Below are positions 1 to 10,943 of a stretch of DNA of 32,000 bases, piece by piece. The notes beneath the pieces are model-generated. The model had not been told where the DNA came from, ran no database searches, and was given only the letters and a program-made list of their open reading frames with translations. The DNA comes from Kineococcus radiotolerans SRS30216 = ATCC BAA-149 (GTDB lineage: Bacteria; Actinomycetota; Actinomycetes; Actinomycetales; Kineococcaceae), in NCBI RefSeq assembly GCF_000017305.1, contig NC_009664.2, positions 3,060,001 through 3,092,000 of the forward strand, read 5' to 3'. The translations under genes were made by a program, and so were the position numbers. Positions within the stretch are counted from its first letter, which is position 1. Each line of letters begins with the position of its first letter.

Positions 1-300
1 TTCATGTGGAACGACCTCGCCGACGGGGCCCTCGGCGGGATCGTCCTGGTGGACCCCAGCCGGATCGACGACTGCTTCGTGGCGCTGGACTACTTCGAGA
101 AGATCGGCCTGCCGTTCGTGCTGGCCGTCAACTCCTTCGCGAACCGCAGCCAGCTCACCCTGGACCAGGTCCGCGCCGCCGCCAACGTCGACCCGGCCGT
201 CCCCGTGGTCGCCGTCGACGCCCGCCAGCGGGAGGACGTCAAGCAGGTCGTGCTGACCCTGCTGCAGCTGATCCTGTCCCGCGCCCGGTCCGCGGCGTAG
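1..300 (+). CDS. ATP/GTP-binding protein, conservon CvnD/MglA-like small GTPase (C-terminal fragment; 5' end outside window)
   Basis: Frame 1 is open from the window edge to TAG at 298-300. The tail FMWNDLADGALGGIVLVDPSRIDDCFVALDYFEKIGLPFVLAVNSF...VDARQREDVK resembles, from memory, the C-terminal half of actinobacterial conservon-type ATP/GTP-binding proteins. Strong GC3 bias. The P-loop region lies outside the window. Confidence 0.7.
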   Translation, partial: FMWNDLADGALGGIVLVDPSRIDDCFVALDYFEKIGLPFVLAVNSFANRSQLTLDQVRAAANVDPAVPVVAVDARQREDVKQVVLTLLQLILSRARSAA

Positions 301-323
301 GGCGTTCCCCCAGAGCCCGGCCC

Positions 324-378
324 GGCCCACCGGTCCCCGCCCGCGTCGACGCCGTCGGCGCGCGGGGACCGGTGGGCC
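324..378. terminator. GC-rich hairpin between convergent genes (candidate bidirectional terminator)
   Basis: Perfect 17-bp inverted repeat GGCCCACCGGTCCCCGC (324-340) / GCGGGGACCGGTGGGCC (362-378). The 21-nt loop itself contains the palindrome GCGTCGACGC. It lies between the stop at 298-300 (+) and the stop at 395-397 (-). No U-tract, as is common in high-GC actinobacteria. Confidence 0.45.
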
Positions 379-394
379 TCCGTCGTGGGGCGCC

Positions 395-928
395 CTACTC
401 GCCGTAGCGGGGGTCGACGTCCTCGGGGGGCAGGTCGAGCAGGTGGGCGACCTGCTCCACGACGACGTCGGCCACCAGGTCGTCGAGGTCCTCCCCGTCG
501 GCGCGGGTCTCCAGCGGCCGCCGGTACAGCACGACCCGGGCCGGGCGGTCGCCGTGGGCGGGGAACAGCCGGCCCAGCGGGACGACGTCGTCCTCCCAGG
601 GGGCCGGGTCCGAGGGCGGGACGTCCTCGACCGCGAACTCCACCCCGGCCAGCTGCTCGGCCCAGCGGCGCTCCAGCAGCTCCACGGCGTCGAGGACCAG
701 GTCGTCGAAGCGCTCGGAGCGCGTGCGCGCCGCCGGCAGCGACGCGGGCAGCAGGGGGCCGCGCAGGCCGCGACCGTGGCGGTCGCGGCGTCGGCGTGGA
801 CGGGTCGGCACCCGGCGTCGGAGGACCACCGGGCGAGAGTACCCACGGCGGCGCGCCGGGGCACCGCGCGACCGCCCCGCGCGGGGCGCGGCGGGACCCC
901 GCCGCGCCGGGCCCCGACCGGGCGACAC
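395..928 (-). CDS. metallopeptidase family protein (DUF1025-type, Rv3259-like)
   Basis: The C-terminal ~120 aa (RGLRGPLLP..RSERFDDLVLDAVELLERRW..VEFAVEDVP..LGRLFP..VVLYRRPLE..VVVEQVAHLLDL.PEDVDPRYGE) fit my memory of the small actinobacterial 'metallopeptidase family protein'. It is divergent from DUF3499, as in other actinobacteria. The start is uncertain: the Arg/Pro-rich first ~50 codons (GTG at 926-928) may not be translated, and internal GTG starts exist. Confidence 0.7.
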   Translation of the reverse strand: MSPGRGPARRGPAAPRAGRSRGAPARRRGYSRPVVLRRRVPTRPRRRRDRHGRGLRGPLLPASLPAARTRSERFDDLVLDAVELLERRWAEQLAGVEFAVEDVPPSDPAPWEDDVVPLGRLFPAHGDRPARVVLYRRPLETRADGEDLDDLVADVVVEQVAHLLDLPPEDVDPRYGE

Positions 929-978
929 GATCCCGCGCGTGGGGGGCTCCGCGGGGGCCGGAGGGGTAGCGTGCGCGC

Positions 979-1380
979 GTGAGCTCCCGCACCCCTGGAA
1001 CGAACGCCTCCCGCCCCGGAGCCGGTCGCTCCACCGCCCCCAGCGCCCGGCGCTGCTCGCGCACGGCCTGCGGGCGCCCCGCGGTCGCGACGCTCACGTA
1101 CGTGTACTCCGACTCCACGGCCGTCCTCGGCCCGCTGGCGACCTTCGCCGAACCCCACTGCTACGACCTGTGCGCCGAGCACGCCGACCGCCTCACCGCC
1201 CCCCGCGGCTGGGAGGTCGTGCGCCTGGCCCCCGACCTCGTCGAGGCCGCCCGCCAGCACGACGACCTCCTCGCCGTCGCCGAGGCCGTGCGCGACCGCC
1301 CCGGCGCGCCCGGGCGCGGCATCGACCCCGACGCCCCCGCCGTCCGCCGCGGGCACCTGCGGGTCCTGCGCGAGAGCTGA
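979..1380 (+). CDS. DUF3499 domain-containing protein (Rv3258c-like)
   Basis: GTG start at 979. RRCSRTACGRPAVATLTYVYSDSTAVLGPLATFAEPHCYDLCAEHADRLTAPRGWEVVRL is the characteristic Cys-containing N-terminal region of DUF3499 proteins. It holds the conserved position near manB. Confidence 0.85.
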   Translation: MSSRTPGTNASRPGAGRSTAPSARRCSRTACGRPAVATLTYVYSDSTAVLGPLATFAEPHCYDLCAEHADRLTAPRGWEVVRLAPDLVEAARQHDDLLAVAEAVRDRPGAPGRGIDPDAPAVRRGHLRVLRES

Positions 1381-1487
1381 GCCGGGTCCACCGGGCCCCT
1401 CCCCGGGCCGGTCCGGGCCGGTCCGCGGGCGGGCGACGTCGTGCCGCGGGTTCCTCAACCGGGCTGCCGCGCTGCCGATGGAGCCCC

Positions 1488-1757
1488 GTGCCCGCAGCCA
1501 ACGCGCCCCGCGCCTCCCGTCGCCCCCGCGCCACCCGCACCGCCCCGCCGCTGGGCTCGCTGACCCAGGCCGCCCACCGCGAGACGGTCACCTGCGGGCC
1601 CTGCGGCAGCGAGCGCGTCACGCAGCTGTCGATGTCGCTGACCGACGGCACCCCCGTCCGGTTCGTCTCCTGCCACGTCTGCGAGGAGCGCACCTGGACC
1701 TCCGACACCGGGCCGATCACCGTCGACGCCGTCCTGGACCGCACCCGCAAGCAGTAG
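1488..1757 (+). CDS. small hypothetical zinc-ribbon protein (CxxC...CxxC)
   Basis: This is the 3' part of the 723..1757 frame. A GTG at 1488 gives an ~89-aa product ending ..ETVTCGPCGSERVTQLSMSLTDGTPVRFVSCHVCEERTWTSDTGPITVDAVLDRTRKQ. Two CxxC pairs lie ~24 aa apart. The last ~60 codons have clean GC3 bias, whereas upstream the frame is Arg/Pro shadow-like. The exact start is uncertain. Confidence 0.5.
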   Translation: MPAANAPRASRRPRATRTAPPLGSLTQAAHRETVTCGPCGSERVTQLSMSLTDGTPVRFVSCHVCEERTWTSDTGPITVDAVLDRTRKQ

Positions 1758-1805
1758 TCCCCTCCCGCGACGGCTCACCCCGGACGGGGGTGCGCTTGTA
1801 GGCTC

Positions 1806-3299
1806 GTGATCGTGACCGACCCCTCCGACGCCCCGCGCCGGCTCCCGTCCGTCGACCTCTCGGCCTTCATCAAGGCCTACGACGTGCGGGGCACCGTCCC
1901 CGACCAGCTCGACGCCGGCGTGGTGCGGGCCATCGGCGCCGCCTTCGCCGACGTCGTCGTCCTGCCCGAGGCCCCCGAGGGCCAGCCGCCGCGCGCCGTC
2001 ATCGGTCACGACATGCGGCCCTCCTCCCCGGAGCTCTCGCGCGCCTTCGCCGACGGCCTCGCCTCGCGCGGGGTCGACGTCACCCTCATCGGCCTGTGCT
2101 CCACCGACGGCCTCTACTTCGCCAGCGGCTTCCTCGGCATCCCGGGCGCGATGTTCACCGCCAGCCACAACCCCGCCCAGTACAACGGCATCAAGATGTG
2201 CCGCGCCGGGGCCAAGCCCGTCGGCCAGGACAGCGGCCTGTCCGCGATCCGCGACCTCGCCCAGAGCCGGCTGGACGCCGGCACCCTCCCCGAGGAGACC
2301 GGCTCGATCGGCGAGGTCGACGAGCAGGACCTGCTGAAGGCCTACGCCCAGCACCTGCGGACCCTCGTCGACCTCACCGGCTCCCGCCGGCTCAAGGTCG
2401 TCATCGACGCCGGCAACGGCATGGGCGGCTTCACCGCCCCCGCCGTCCTCGGCGACGACGCCGGCCTGCCCGCGCTGCCCCTGGACGTCGTGCCGATGTA
2501 CTTCGAGCTCGACGGCACCTTCCCCAACCACGAGGCCAACCCCCTCGACCCGGCCAACCTCGTCGACCTGCAGGCCGCCGTCCCCGAGCACGGCGCCGAC
2601 ATCGGCCTCGCCTTCGACGGCGACGCCGACCGCTGCTTCGTGATCGACGAGAAGGGCGACCCGGTCAGCCCCAGCGCCGTGACCGCGATGGTCGCCCGCC
2701 GCGAGATCGCCAAGGAGATCCGCGCCGGCCGCGAACCCGTCGTCATCCACAACCTCATCACCTCCCGCGCCGTGCCGGAGATCATCGCCGCCGACGGCGG
2801 GACGCCGGTGCGCACCCGCGTGGGGCACTCCTTCATCAAGGAGCGGATGGCCGAGGTCGGGGCGGTGTTCGGCGGGGAGCACTCCGCGCACTACTACTTC
2901 CGCGAGTTCTGGTCCGCCGACACCGGCATGCTCGCCGCGATGCACGTCCTCGCCGCGCTGGCCGAGCAGGACCGCCCGCTGTCCGAGCTCGCCGCCGAGT
3001 ACGAGAAGTACGTCGCCAGCGGGGAGATCAACTCCACCGTGCAGGACGCCGCCGCCACCACCGAGCGGGTCGTCGCTGCGGTCCGCGAGACCGCCGCGGC
3101 CGAGGGCGAGGAGCTGGAGGTCGACCGCCTCGACGGGGTCACGGTCCTCCACCCCGCCAGCGAGCGCCAGCCGATGTGGTGGTTCAACCTGCGGGCCTCC
3201 AACACCGAGCCCCTGCTGCGGCTGAACGCCGAGGGCGCCGACGAGGCGACGATGGTCGCCGTCCGCGACCGCGTCCTCGCCCTGGTGCGGGGCGCCTGA
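1806..3299 (+). CDS. manB: phosphomannomutase/phosphoglucomutase (alpha-D-phosphohexomutase family)
   Basis: 497 aa with a GTG start. Active-site loop TASHNPAQYNGIK (phosphoserine), Mg-binding FDGDADRCFV and sugar-binding GGEHSAHYYF. Syntenic with DUF3499/Trm112/SIS as at Mtb Rv3257c. Confidence 0.93.
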   Translation: MIVTDPSDAPRRLPSVDLSAFIKAYDVRGTVPDQLDAGVVRAIGAAFADVVVLPEAPEGQPPRAVIGHDMRPSSPELSRAFADGLASRGVDVTLIGLCSTDGLYFASGFLGIPGAMFTASHNPAQYNGIKMCRAGAKPVGQDSGLSAIRDLAQSRLDAGTLPEETGSIGEVDEQDLLKAYAQHLRTLVDLTGSRRLKVVIDAGNGMGGFTAPAVLGDDAGLPALPLDVVPMYFELDGTFPNHEANPLDPANLVDLQAAVPEHGADIGLAFDGDADRCFVIDEKGDPVSPSAVTAMVARREIAKEIRAGREPVVIHNLITSRAVPEIIAADGGTPVRTRVGHSFIKERMAEVGAVFGGEHSAHYYFREFWSADTGMLAAMHVLAALAEQDRPLSELAAEYEKYVASGEINSTVQDAAATTERVVAAVRETAAAEGEELEVDRLDGVTVLHPASERQPMWWFNLRASNTEPLLRLNAEGADEATMVAVRDRVLALVRGA

Positions 3300-3481
3300 T
3301 GGCCCTCGACGCCTGGGTGCTGGAGCTGCTGCGCTGCCCCGTCTCCGGGGAGCCCCTGGAACCCGTCACCGTCGACGGTGCGGAGTTCCTCACCACCCCC
3401 TCGGGGATCCGCTACCCGGTGCTCGACGGGGTCCCCGTCCTGCTCGCCGACGCGGCCCTCCGCCCGGGGCAGCCCGCGTGA
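3299..3481 (+). CDS. Trm112 family protein
   Basis: 60 aa: [23 protein letters not shown]....[17 protein letters not shown], the typical Trm112/UPF0434 pattern (LL.CP....L....... YP..dGiPvLL). Its ATG overlaps the manB stop (TGATG at 3297-3301). Confidence 0.85.
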   Translation: MALDAWVLELLRCPVSGEPLEPVTVDGAEFLTTPSGIRYPVLDGVPVLLADAALRPGQPA

Positions 3482-4635
3482 GCGCCCTCGACGAGACCCT
3501 GCTCGCCGACGGCGACGGGCTCACCGGCGCCGACGAGACCGGTGTCCTGCGCGCCCTGGCCAGCGCCGGGGCGCAGGTCCGCGAGGCCCTCGACCTCTCC
3601 GCCGAGGCGCGGGTGGCCCGGCTCGCCGAGGACGACCGCCCCCGGGCCGTGGTCATCGCCGCGCTCGCGGGCAGCTCCGTCGTCGCCGACATCGTCACCG
3701 CCCTCGCCGGGCGGGGCTGCCCGGTGCCCGTCGTGGTGCGCCACAGCGGGCCGCTGCCGAGCTGGGTCGGGCCGCTGGACCTGGTGATCGCCGTCTCGCT
3801 GTCCGGGCGCGCGCCCGGGCCGGTGGCGCTGGCCGCCGAGGCCTCCCGGCGCGGGGCCCGCGTCCTCGCCGTGGCGGGGGAGGGTTCCCCGCTGGCCGAG
3901 ATCGGGGCCCGGCACGGCAACGTCCACGTGCTCCCGGCCCGGGGCGTGCGCGCCGACGGCGGCGACCCGCGCTCCTCCCGGGTCGCGCTGTGGTCGCTGG
4001 TGACGCCGGTCCTGCTGGCCTGCGACGCGATGGGGCTGCTGCCGGCCTCCGCCGCGGACCTCGCGGGCGTCGCCGACCGCCTCGACGCCGAGGCCGAGGC
4101 CTGCCGCCCGTGGTCGGAGACGTTCGTGAACCCGGCCAAGGTCATCGCCCTCGAGGTGTCCGGCGCGGTGCCGGTGGTGCTCGGCGACGGCGACCTGATG
4201 GCCGCCGGGGCCCGCCGCGCCGCCGGGATGCTGGCCCGCACCGCGCGGGTCCCCGCGGTCAGCGGCGCCCTGCCCGACGACGCCAGCGAGGTCGTGGCGA
4301 CCTTCGGCGGGCCGTTCGCCTCCACCGTCGAGGACGTCTTCGCCGACCCCTTCCTCGACGGCCCGCCCGGGCCGCGCCTGCAGCTGCTGGTGGTCCGCGA
4401 CTCCCCGCTGGCGGTCTCCGACGAGGACCGCCGCCTCGCCGACGCCGTCGTCACCACGGCCACCGACGCCGGGGTGCGGGTCTCCGAGGTCGTCGCCGAC
4501 GAGGGGTCCCCGGCGCAGCGCCTGGCGCAGGTGATCGCCCGCGTCGACTTCGCCGCGGCCTACCTGGCGCTGGCCTCCGGGATCGACCCCGCGCGCTCGC
4601 CGCAGGTCGCCGACCTCAAGGACCGGCTGGGCTGA
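3478..4635 (+). CDS. SIS domain-containing protein (bifunctional glucose-6-P/mannose-6-P isomerase-like, Rv3256c-like)
   Basis: 385 aa. The GTG start overlaps the Trm112 stop (GTGA at 3478-3481). It holds the conserved position between manB/Trm112 and the downstream genes. The two-lobed Ala/Val-rich sequence is consistent with the actinobacterial SIS/PMI-like family. Assignment rests on synteny plus general resemblance. Confidence 0.75.
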   Translation: MSALDETLLADGDGLTGADETGVLRALASAGAQVREALDLSAEARVARLAEDDRPRAVVIAALAGSSVVADIVTALAGRGCPVPVVVRHSGPLPSWVGPLDLVIAVSLSGRAPGPVALAAEASRRGARVLAVAGEGSPLAEIGARHGNVHVLPARGVRADGGDPRSSRVALWSLVTPVLLACDAMGLLPASAADLAGVADRLDAEAEACRPWSETFVNPAKVIALEVSGAVPVVLGDGDLMAAGARRAAGMLARTARVPAVSGALPDDASEVVATFGGPFASTVEDVFADPFLDGPPGPRLQLLVVRDSPLAVSDEDRRLADAVVTTATDAGVRVSEVVADEGSPAQRLAQVIARVDFAAAYLALASGIDPARSPQVADLKDRLG

Positions 4636-4664
4636 GACCCCCGCGCCCACCCCGGGCGCCCGCA

Positions 4665-4702
4665 CCCCCGGGCCGCACCCTCGGCGGGGCGCGGCCCGGG
4701 GG
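4665..4702 (+). terminator. GC-rich hairpin downstream of the SIS gene
   Basis: Perfect 12-bp stem CCCCCGGGCCGC (4665-4676) / GCGGCCCGGGGG (4691-4702) with a 14-nt loop, 30 nt after the stop at 4635. No U-tract. Confidence 0.45.
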
Positions 4703-4802
4703 CGGGCGCGTACCCTGGGAGGGAGCTCCGGCGTCCGGTGATGCCGAGTGGCCCAGAGGGGCCGCGCCGGGAGACCGTCACAGACCGCACGAGAGGACTC
4801 CC

Positions 4803-6266
<1,464 letters not shown>

Positions 6267-6289
6267 GCCGTCCGCAGGACGCTCCGCAC

Positions 6290-6327
6290 GACGGCGCCCG
6301 GCACCCCTCGGGGTGCCGGGCGTCGTC
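6290..6327 (+). terminator. strong hairpin downstream of ahcY
   Basis: GACGGCGCCCGGCACCC (6290-6306) / GGGTGCCGGGCGTCGTC (6311-6327) form a 17-bp stem (16 Watson-Crick pairs plus one G-U) with a 4-nt loop, 24 nt after the ahcY stop. Confidence 0.5.
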
Positions 6328-6347
6328 GTCCCTGCTCGACTGGGGCG

Positions 6348-6962
6348 GTGCCCGACACCGCTCCGCTCCGGCTGGCCCTCCTCGGCGACTCCCTGGCCGC
6401 GGGGGTGGGCGCGGCCGACGCCCGGGACACCCCGGGGCCCCTGCTGACCGCCGACCTGGTGGCCGCCGGGATCCCCGCCGAGCACCGGGTGTTCGCGGTG
6501 TCCGGGGCCCGCAGCACGGCGCTGGCGGGGCAGGTCGCCGCGGCGGGGACGTGGCCGCAGGTCGCGGTGGTCGTCGTGGGCGCCAACGACCTCACCCACG
6601 CCGTCCCGGTGGCGCAGGCCGTGGCCGAGCTCGCCGCGGCCCTCACCGCCCTGCGCGCCACCGGCGCGGAGGCCGTCCTCGTCCCGGCCCCGGACCTGAG
6701 CGTCGTCGCCCACGTCCCCCCGGCGCTGCGCGAGTTCGCCCGCACCGCCAGCGCGCAGCTGCGCACCGCGCAGACCCGCGCCGCCGCCGCGGCGGGGGTC
6801 GCCGTGGCGGACACCTCCGCCGCCGCGGCGGTGTTCGCCCGCGACCCCTCGATGTTCTCGCCGGACCGGTTCCACCCCTCCGCCGCGGGGTACCGGGTGA
6901 TCGCCGCCGACGTCGCCCCGCTGGTGCGGGCGGCCGCGCGCACCGCCCTCGGCGCCGCCTGA
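6348..6962 (+). CDS. SGNH/GDSL hydrolase family protein
   Basis: 204 aa. Block I LLGDSLAAG (nucleophile Ser), block III GANDL and block V DRFHPS (Asp/His). No obvious signal peptide. Confidence 0.85.
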   Translation: MPDTAPLRLALLGDSLAAGVGAADARDTPGPLLTADLVAAGIPAEHRVFAVSGARSTALAGQVAAAGTWPQVAVVVVGANDLTHAVPVAQAVAELAAALTALRATGAEAVLVPAPDLSVVAHVPPALREFARTASAQLRTAQTRAAAAAGVAVADTSAAAAVFARDPSMFSPDRFHPSAAGYRVIAADVAPLVRAAARTALGAA

Positions 6963-6974
6963 GAACATGGCCGG

Positions 6975-7217
6975 ATGAGCTTGGAGGACGCTGCGTCGTG
7001 GGCCACGATCCTCGGCGGTGTCGCGGTCCTCGCCGCGTTCCTGCGCGGCTGCGTCCTGGTGGCGATGAAGTACCACGCCCGCGAGGTCCGCCGCTGGACG
7101 GCGACCGAGGAGGGCCTGGACGGCGGGCGGCTGCGGTGGTGGAACTGGGTCCGGGCCCGCTGGCGCCTGCTGTGGGCGACGGGCCGGTTGCGGACCCGCC
7201 GCGAGGTGCGGGAGTAG
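6975..7217 (+). CDS. hypothetical small membrane protein (one predicted TM helix)
   Basis: 80-aa ATG ORF with good GC3 bias. It has a hydrophobic stretch WATILGGVAVLAAFLRGCVLVAM followed by an Arg/Trp-rich tail. No recognisable family, and it fills the gap between the SGNH gene and glgX. Confidence 0.35.
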   Translation: MSLEDAASWATILGGVAVLAAFLRGCVLVAMKYHAREVRRWTATEEGLDGGRLRWWNWVRARWRLLWATGRLRTRREVRE

Positions 7218-7255
7218 ATCGACTCGCGCGACGCCCCGGTAGGCCTCAGGATCCG

Positions 7256-9277
<2,022 letters not shown>

Positions 9278-9299
9278 CCGCTCCGCAGCTCCTCGGCGG

Positions 9300-9336
9300 G
9301 GACCCCGCCGGACGCCACGGGCGCCCGGCGGGGTCC
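9300..9336. terminator. hairpin between convergent glgX and RDD genes
   Basis: 12-bp perfect stem GGACCCCGCCGG (9300-9311) / CCGGCGGGGTCC (9325-9336) with a 13-nt loop. It lies between the stops at 9277 (+) and 9358 (-). Confidence 0.4.
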
Positions 9337-9357
9337 TGTCGCGTCCGGGCTCCCCGG

Positions 9358-10176
9358 TCAGCCCCGGCCGATCGAGCGTTCCAGGTCGCGGGTGCGGGCC
9401 TCGCGCCGCTGCATCCGCACCAGTTCGCGGTCGCGGCGCTCGACGAGGACGGCGACGAGGAACCGCTCGGGGTCGGTGCCGGCCGGCGGGGCGGGGGAGA
9501 CGTGCAGCAGCAGCGCGTCGGCCAGCTCCACGCCCAGCGCCGTGCGCGAGGCCGGGTTCAGCGTCGCGGTGCGGGCCAGGAACTGGCGGGCGGCGGTCAC
9601 CACGGGCAGCGGGAGCCGCCCGATGTCGGCGGTGCGCGCCCAGCCGGCCAGTTCCGGGGGCATCGGCGGCAGCGGCACGTGCCGGGCCGCGGTGCGCTCG
9701 CGCACGACGTAGGTCCCGGCCAGCAGGTCGCCGACCCGCTTGCCGCGACGGGTGACCAGGGCCGAGATGATCGCGGGGCTGCCCGCCAGCCCCCACAGCT
9801 CGAACAGGCCCACGACGGCGCGGACCAGGCAGTGCCGGAACCGGACCGGGCCCCCGTCGTCGCGGACGACGCGCACCCCCAGGACGAGCTTGCCGACCGT
9901 CCGCCCGCGGGTGGCGGTCTCCACCGCGACGGGGATGCCGATCAGGCACAGCGCGCTCTCGGCGAGGGTGATCGCCGCGTACGCCGCCTCGTCGGTCTCC
10001 GACAGCAGCACCGAGGTGCCCCAGAGCAGCGCGGCGAACACGACGCCGACGATCACGGCGTCCAGCAGCGCGGCCAGCATGCGGGAGGCGAACGACGCGG
10101 CCCGCAGCCCCAGCACCACGGCCTCGCCGGTGACGATCTCCCCGACGGGCTCACCGACCGGGCCAGCAGCGCTCAC
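9358..10176 (-). CDS. RDD family protein (Rv3695-like membrane protein)
   Basis: The C-terminal 272 aa of the 9358..10971 ORF, starting at GTG 10174-10176. It has TM segments, the RGRTVGKLVLGVRVVRDDG motif typical of RDD domains, and a soluble tail. Upstream of that GTG the frame turns into Arg/Pro/Gly shadow sequence overlapping the GrpB gene. Confidence 0.85.
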   Translation of the reverse strand: MSAAGPVGEPVGEIVTGEAVVLGLRAASFASRMLAALLDAVIVGVVFAALLWGTSVLLSETDEAAYAAITLAESALCLIGIPVAVETATRGRTVGKLVLGVRVVRDDGGPVRFRHCLVRAVVGLFELWGLAGSPAIISALVTRRGKRVGDLLAGTYVVRERTAARHVPLPPMPPELAGWARTADIGRLPLPVVTAARQFLARTATLNPASRTALGVELADALLLHVSPAPPAGTDPERFLVAVLVERRDRELVRMQRREARTRDLERSIGRG

Positions 10177-10244
10177 CCCGCCACCGTACCCAGGGTGCGG
10201 GTGCCGCGGCCCGGGCCCACCGGCGCGAGCCGGGCGCGGTGGTC

Positions 10245-10838
10245 TCAGGCCCGGCGCCCCCACGCCTCGAACTCCTCCTGCACCTCGTCGAAGAACGCCG
10301 TCTTGGCCAGCGTGTAGCCGTCGTAGTCGGCGTCCCCGGCGTGGGCGGCGGCGGTGGCGGTCTTGAACGCGGCGTAGCGGTCCCGGGCCTCGGGGTGCGC
10401 GCGCAGCCAGTCGCGGAACCACACGGTGTACCGGCCCCACGGCGAGGCGCTCAGGCGGACGTGCAGGATCGACGCCCCCGGCCCGTCGAGGTCGTGGACG
10501 AACAGCCGCTTGCGCCACACCTCCTCCGGCACGACCTCGCTCCCGCGCGGGATGTCGCGGTGGACCCCCGGGGAGTCCGGGCGCGACCCGGTGGTGGGGA
10601 CGAAGCCGGCCGGGGCCAGCGCCCGGTCCAGCACTTCGGGCCGCGGCAGCTCGCGGACGCGGACCTGCAGGTCGACGTAGGCCTTGGCCCGCAGCCCGGG
10701 CACCGAGGTGGAACCGATGTGGTCGTGGGACTCGGCCACCCCCAGCGGCTCCAGCGCCCGCCGCACCGCGGCGAGCAGCTCGGCCGCCCGTCCGGGCCAG
10801 GCGGGGTCGTAGGGGTGCAGCACCGCGGGTCCAGGCAC
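10245..10838 (-). CDS. GrpB family protein (UPF0157)
   Basis: LHPYDPAWP..., HIGSTSVPGLRAKAYVDLQV, HVRL..SPW......FRDWLRAHPE.RD.Y...K match the GrpB pattern. I prefer the start at GTG 10836-10838 (197 aa). The longer ORF to 10955 would overlap the divergent peptidase start. Confidence 0.8.
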   Translation of the reverse strand: MPGPAVLHPYDPAWPGRAAELLAAVRRALEPLGVAESHDHIGSTSVPGLRAKAYVDLQVRVRELPRPEVLDRALAPAGFVPTTGSRPDSPGVHRDIPRGSEVVPEEVWRKRLFVHDLDGPGASILHVRLSASPWGRYTVWFRDWLRAHPEARDRYAAFKTATAAAHAGDADYDGYTLAKTAFFDEVQEEFEAWGRRA

Positions 10839-10943
10839 CCCCGGACGGTACCGGCGCGGCGGGGGCCCCCGCCGCGACCCGCCGCCGCGGCTCCGCCCGC
10901 CCCCGGGTGCCCGGGGGGCCGCGGCCGGGTGGACGATGCCGGG

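Noticed and set aside
1405-1424. Perfect tandem duplication GGGCCGGTCC x2 in the DUF3499/zinc-ribbon intergenic region.
   Set aside because: There are only two 10-nt copies, with no associated structure or gene boundary. It is most likely slippage noise in GC-rich DNA.
4703-4802. An SAH riboswitch upstream of ahcY.
   Set aside because: I could not find the conserved SAH-element blocks as I remember them, nor a convincing pseudoknot. Only generic GC-rich pairing is visible. It is kept as a low-interest 'structured leader' observation, not as an ncRNA call.
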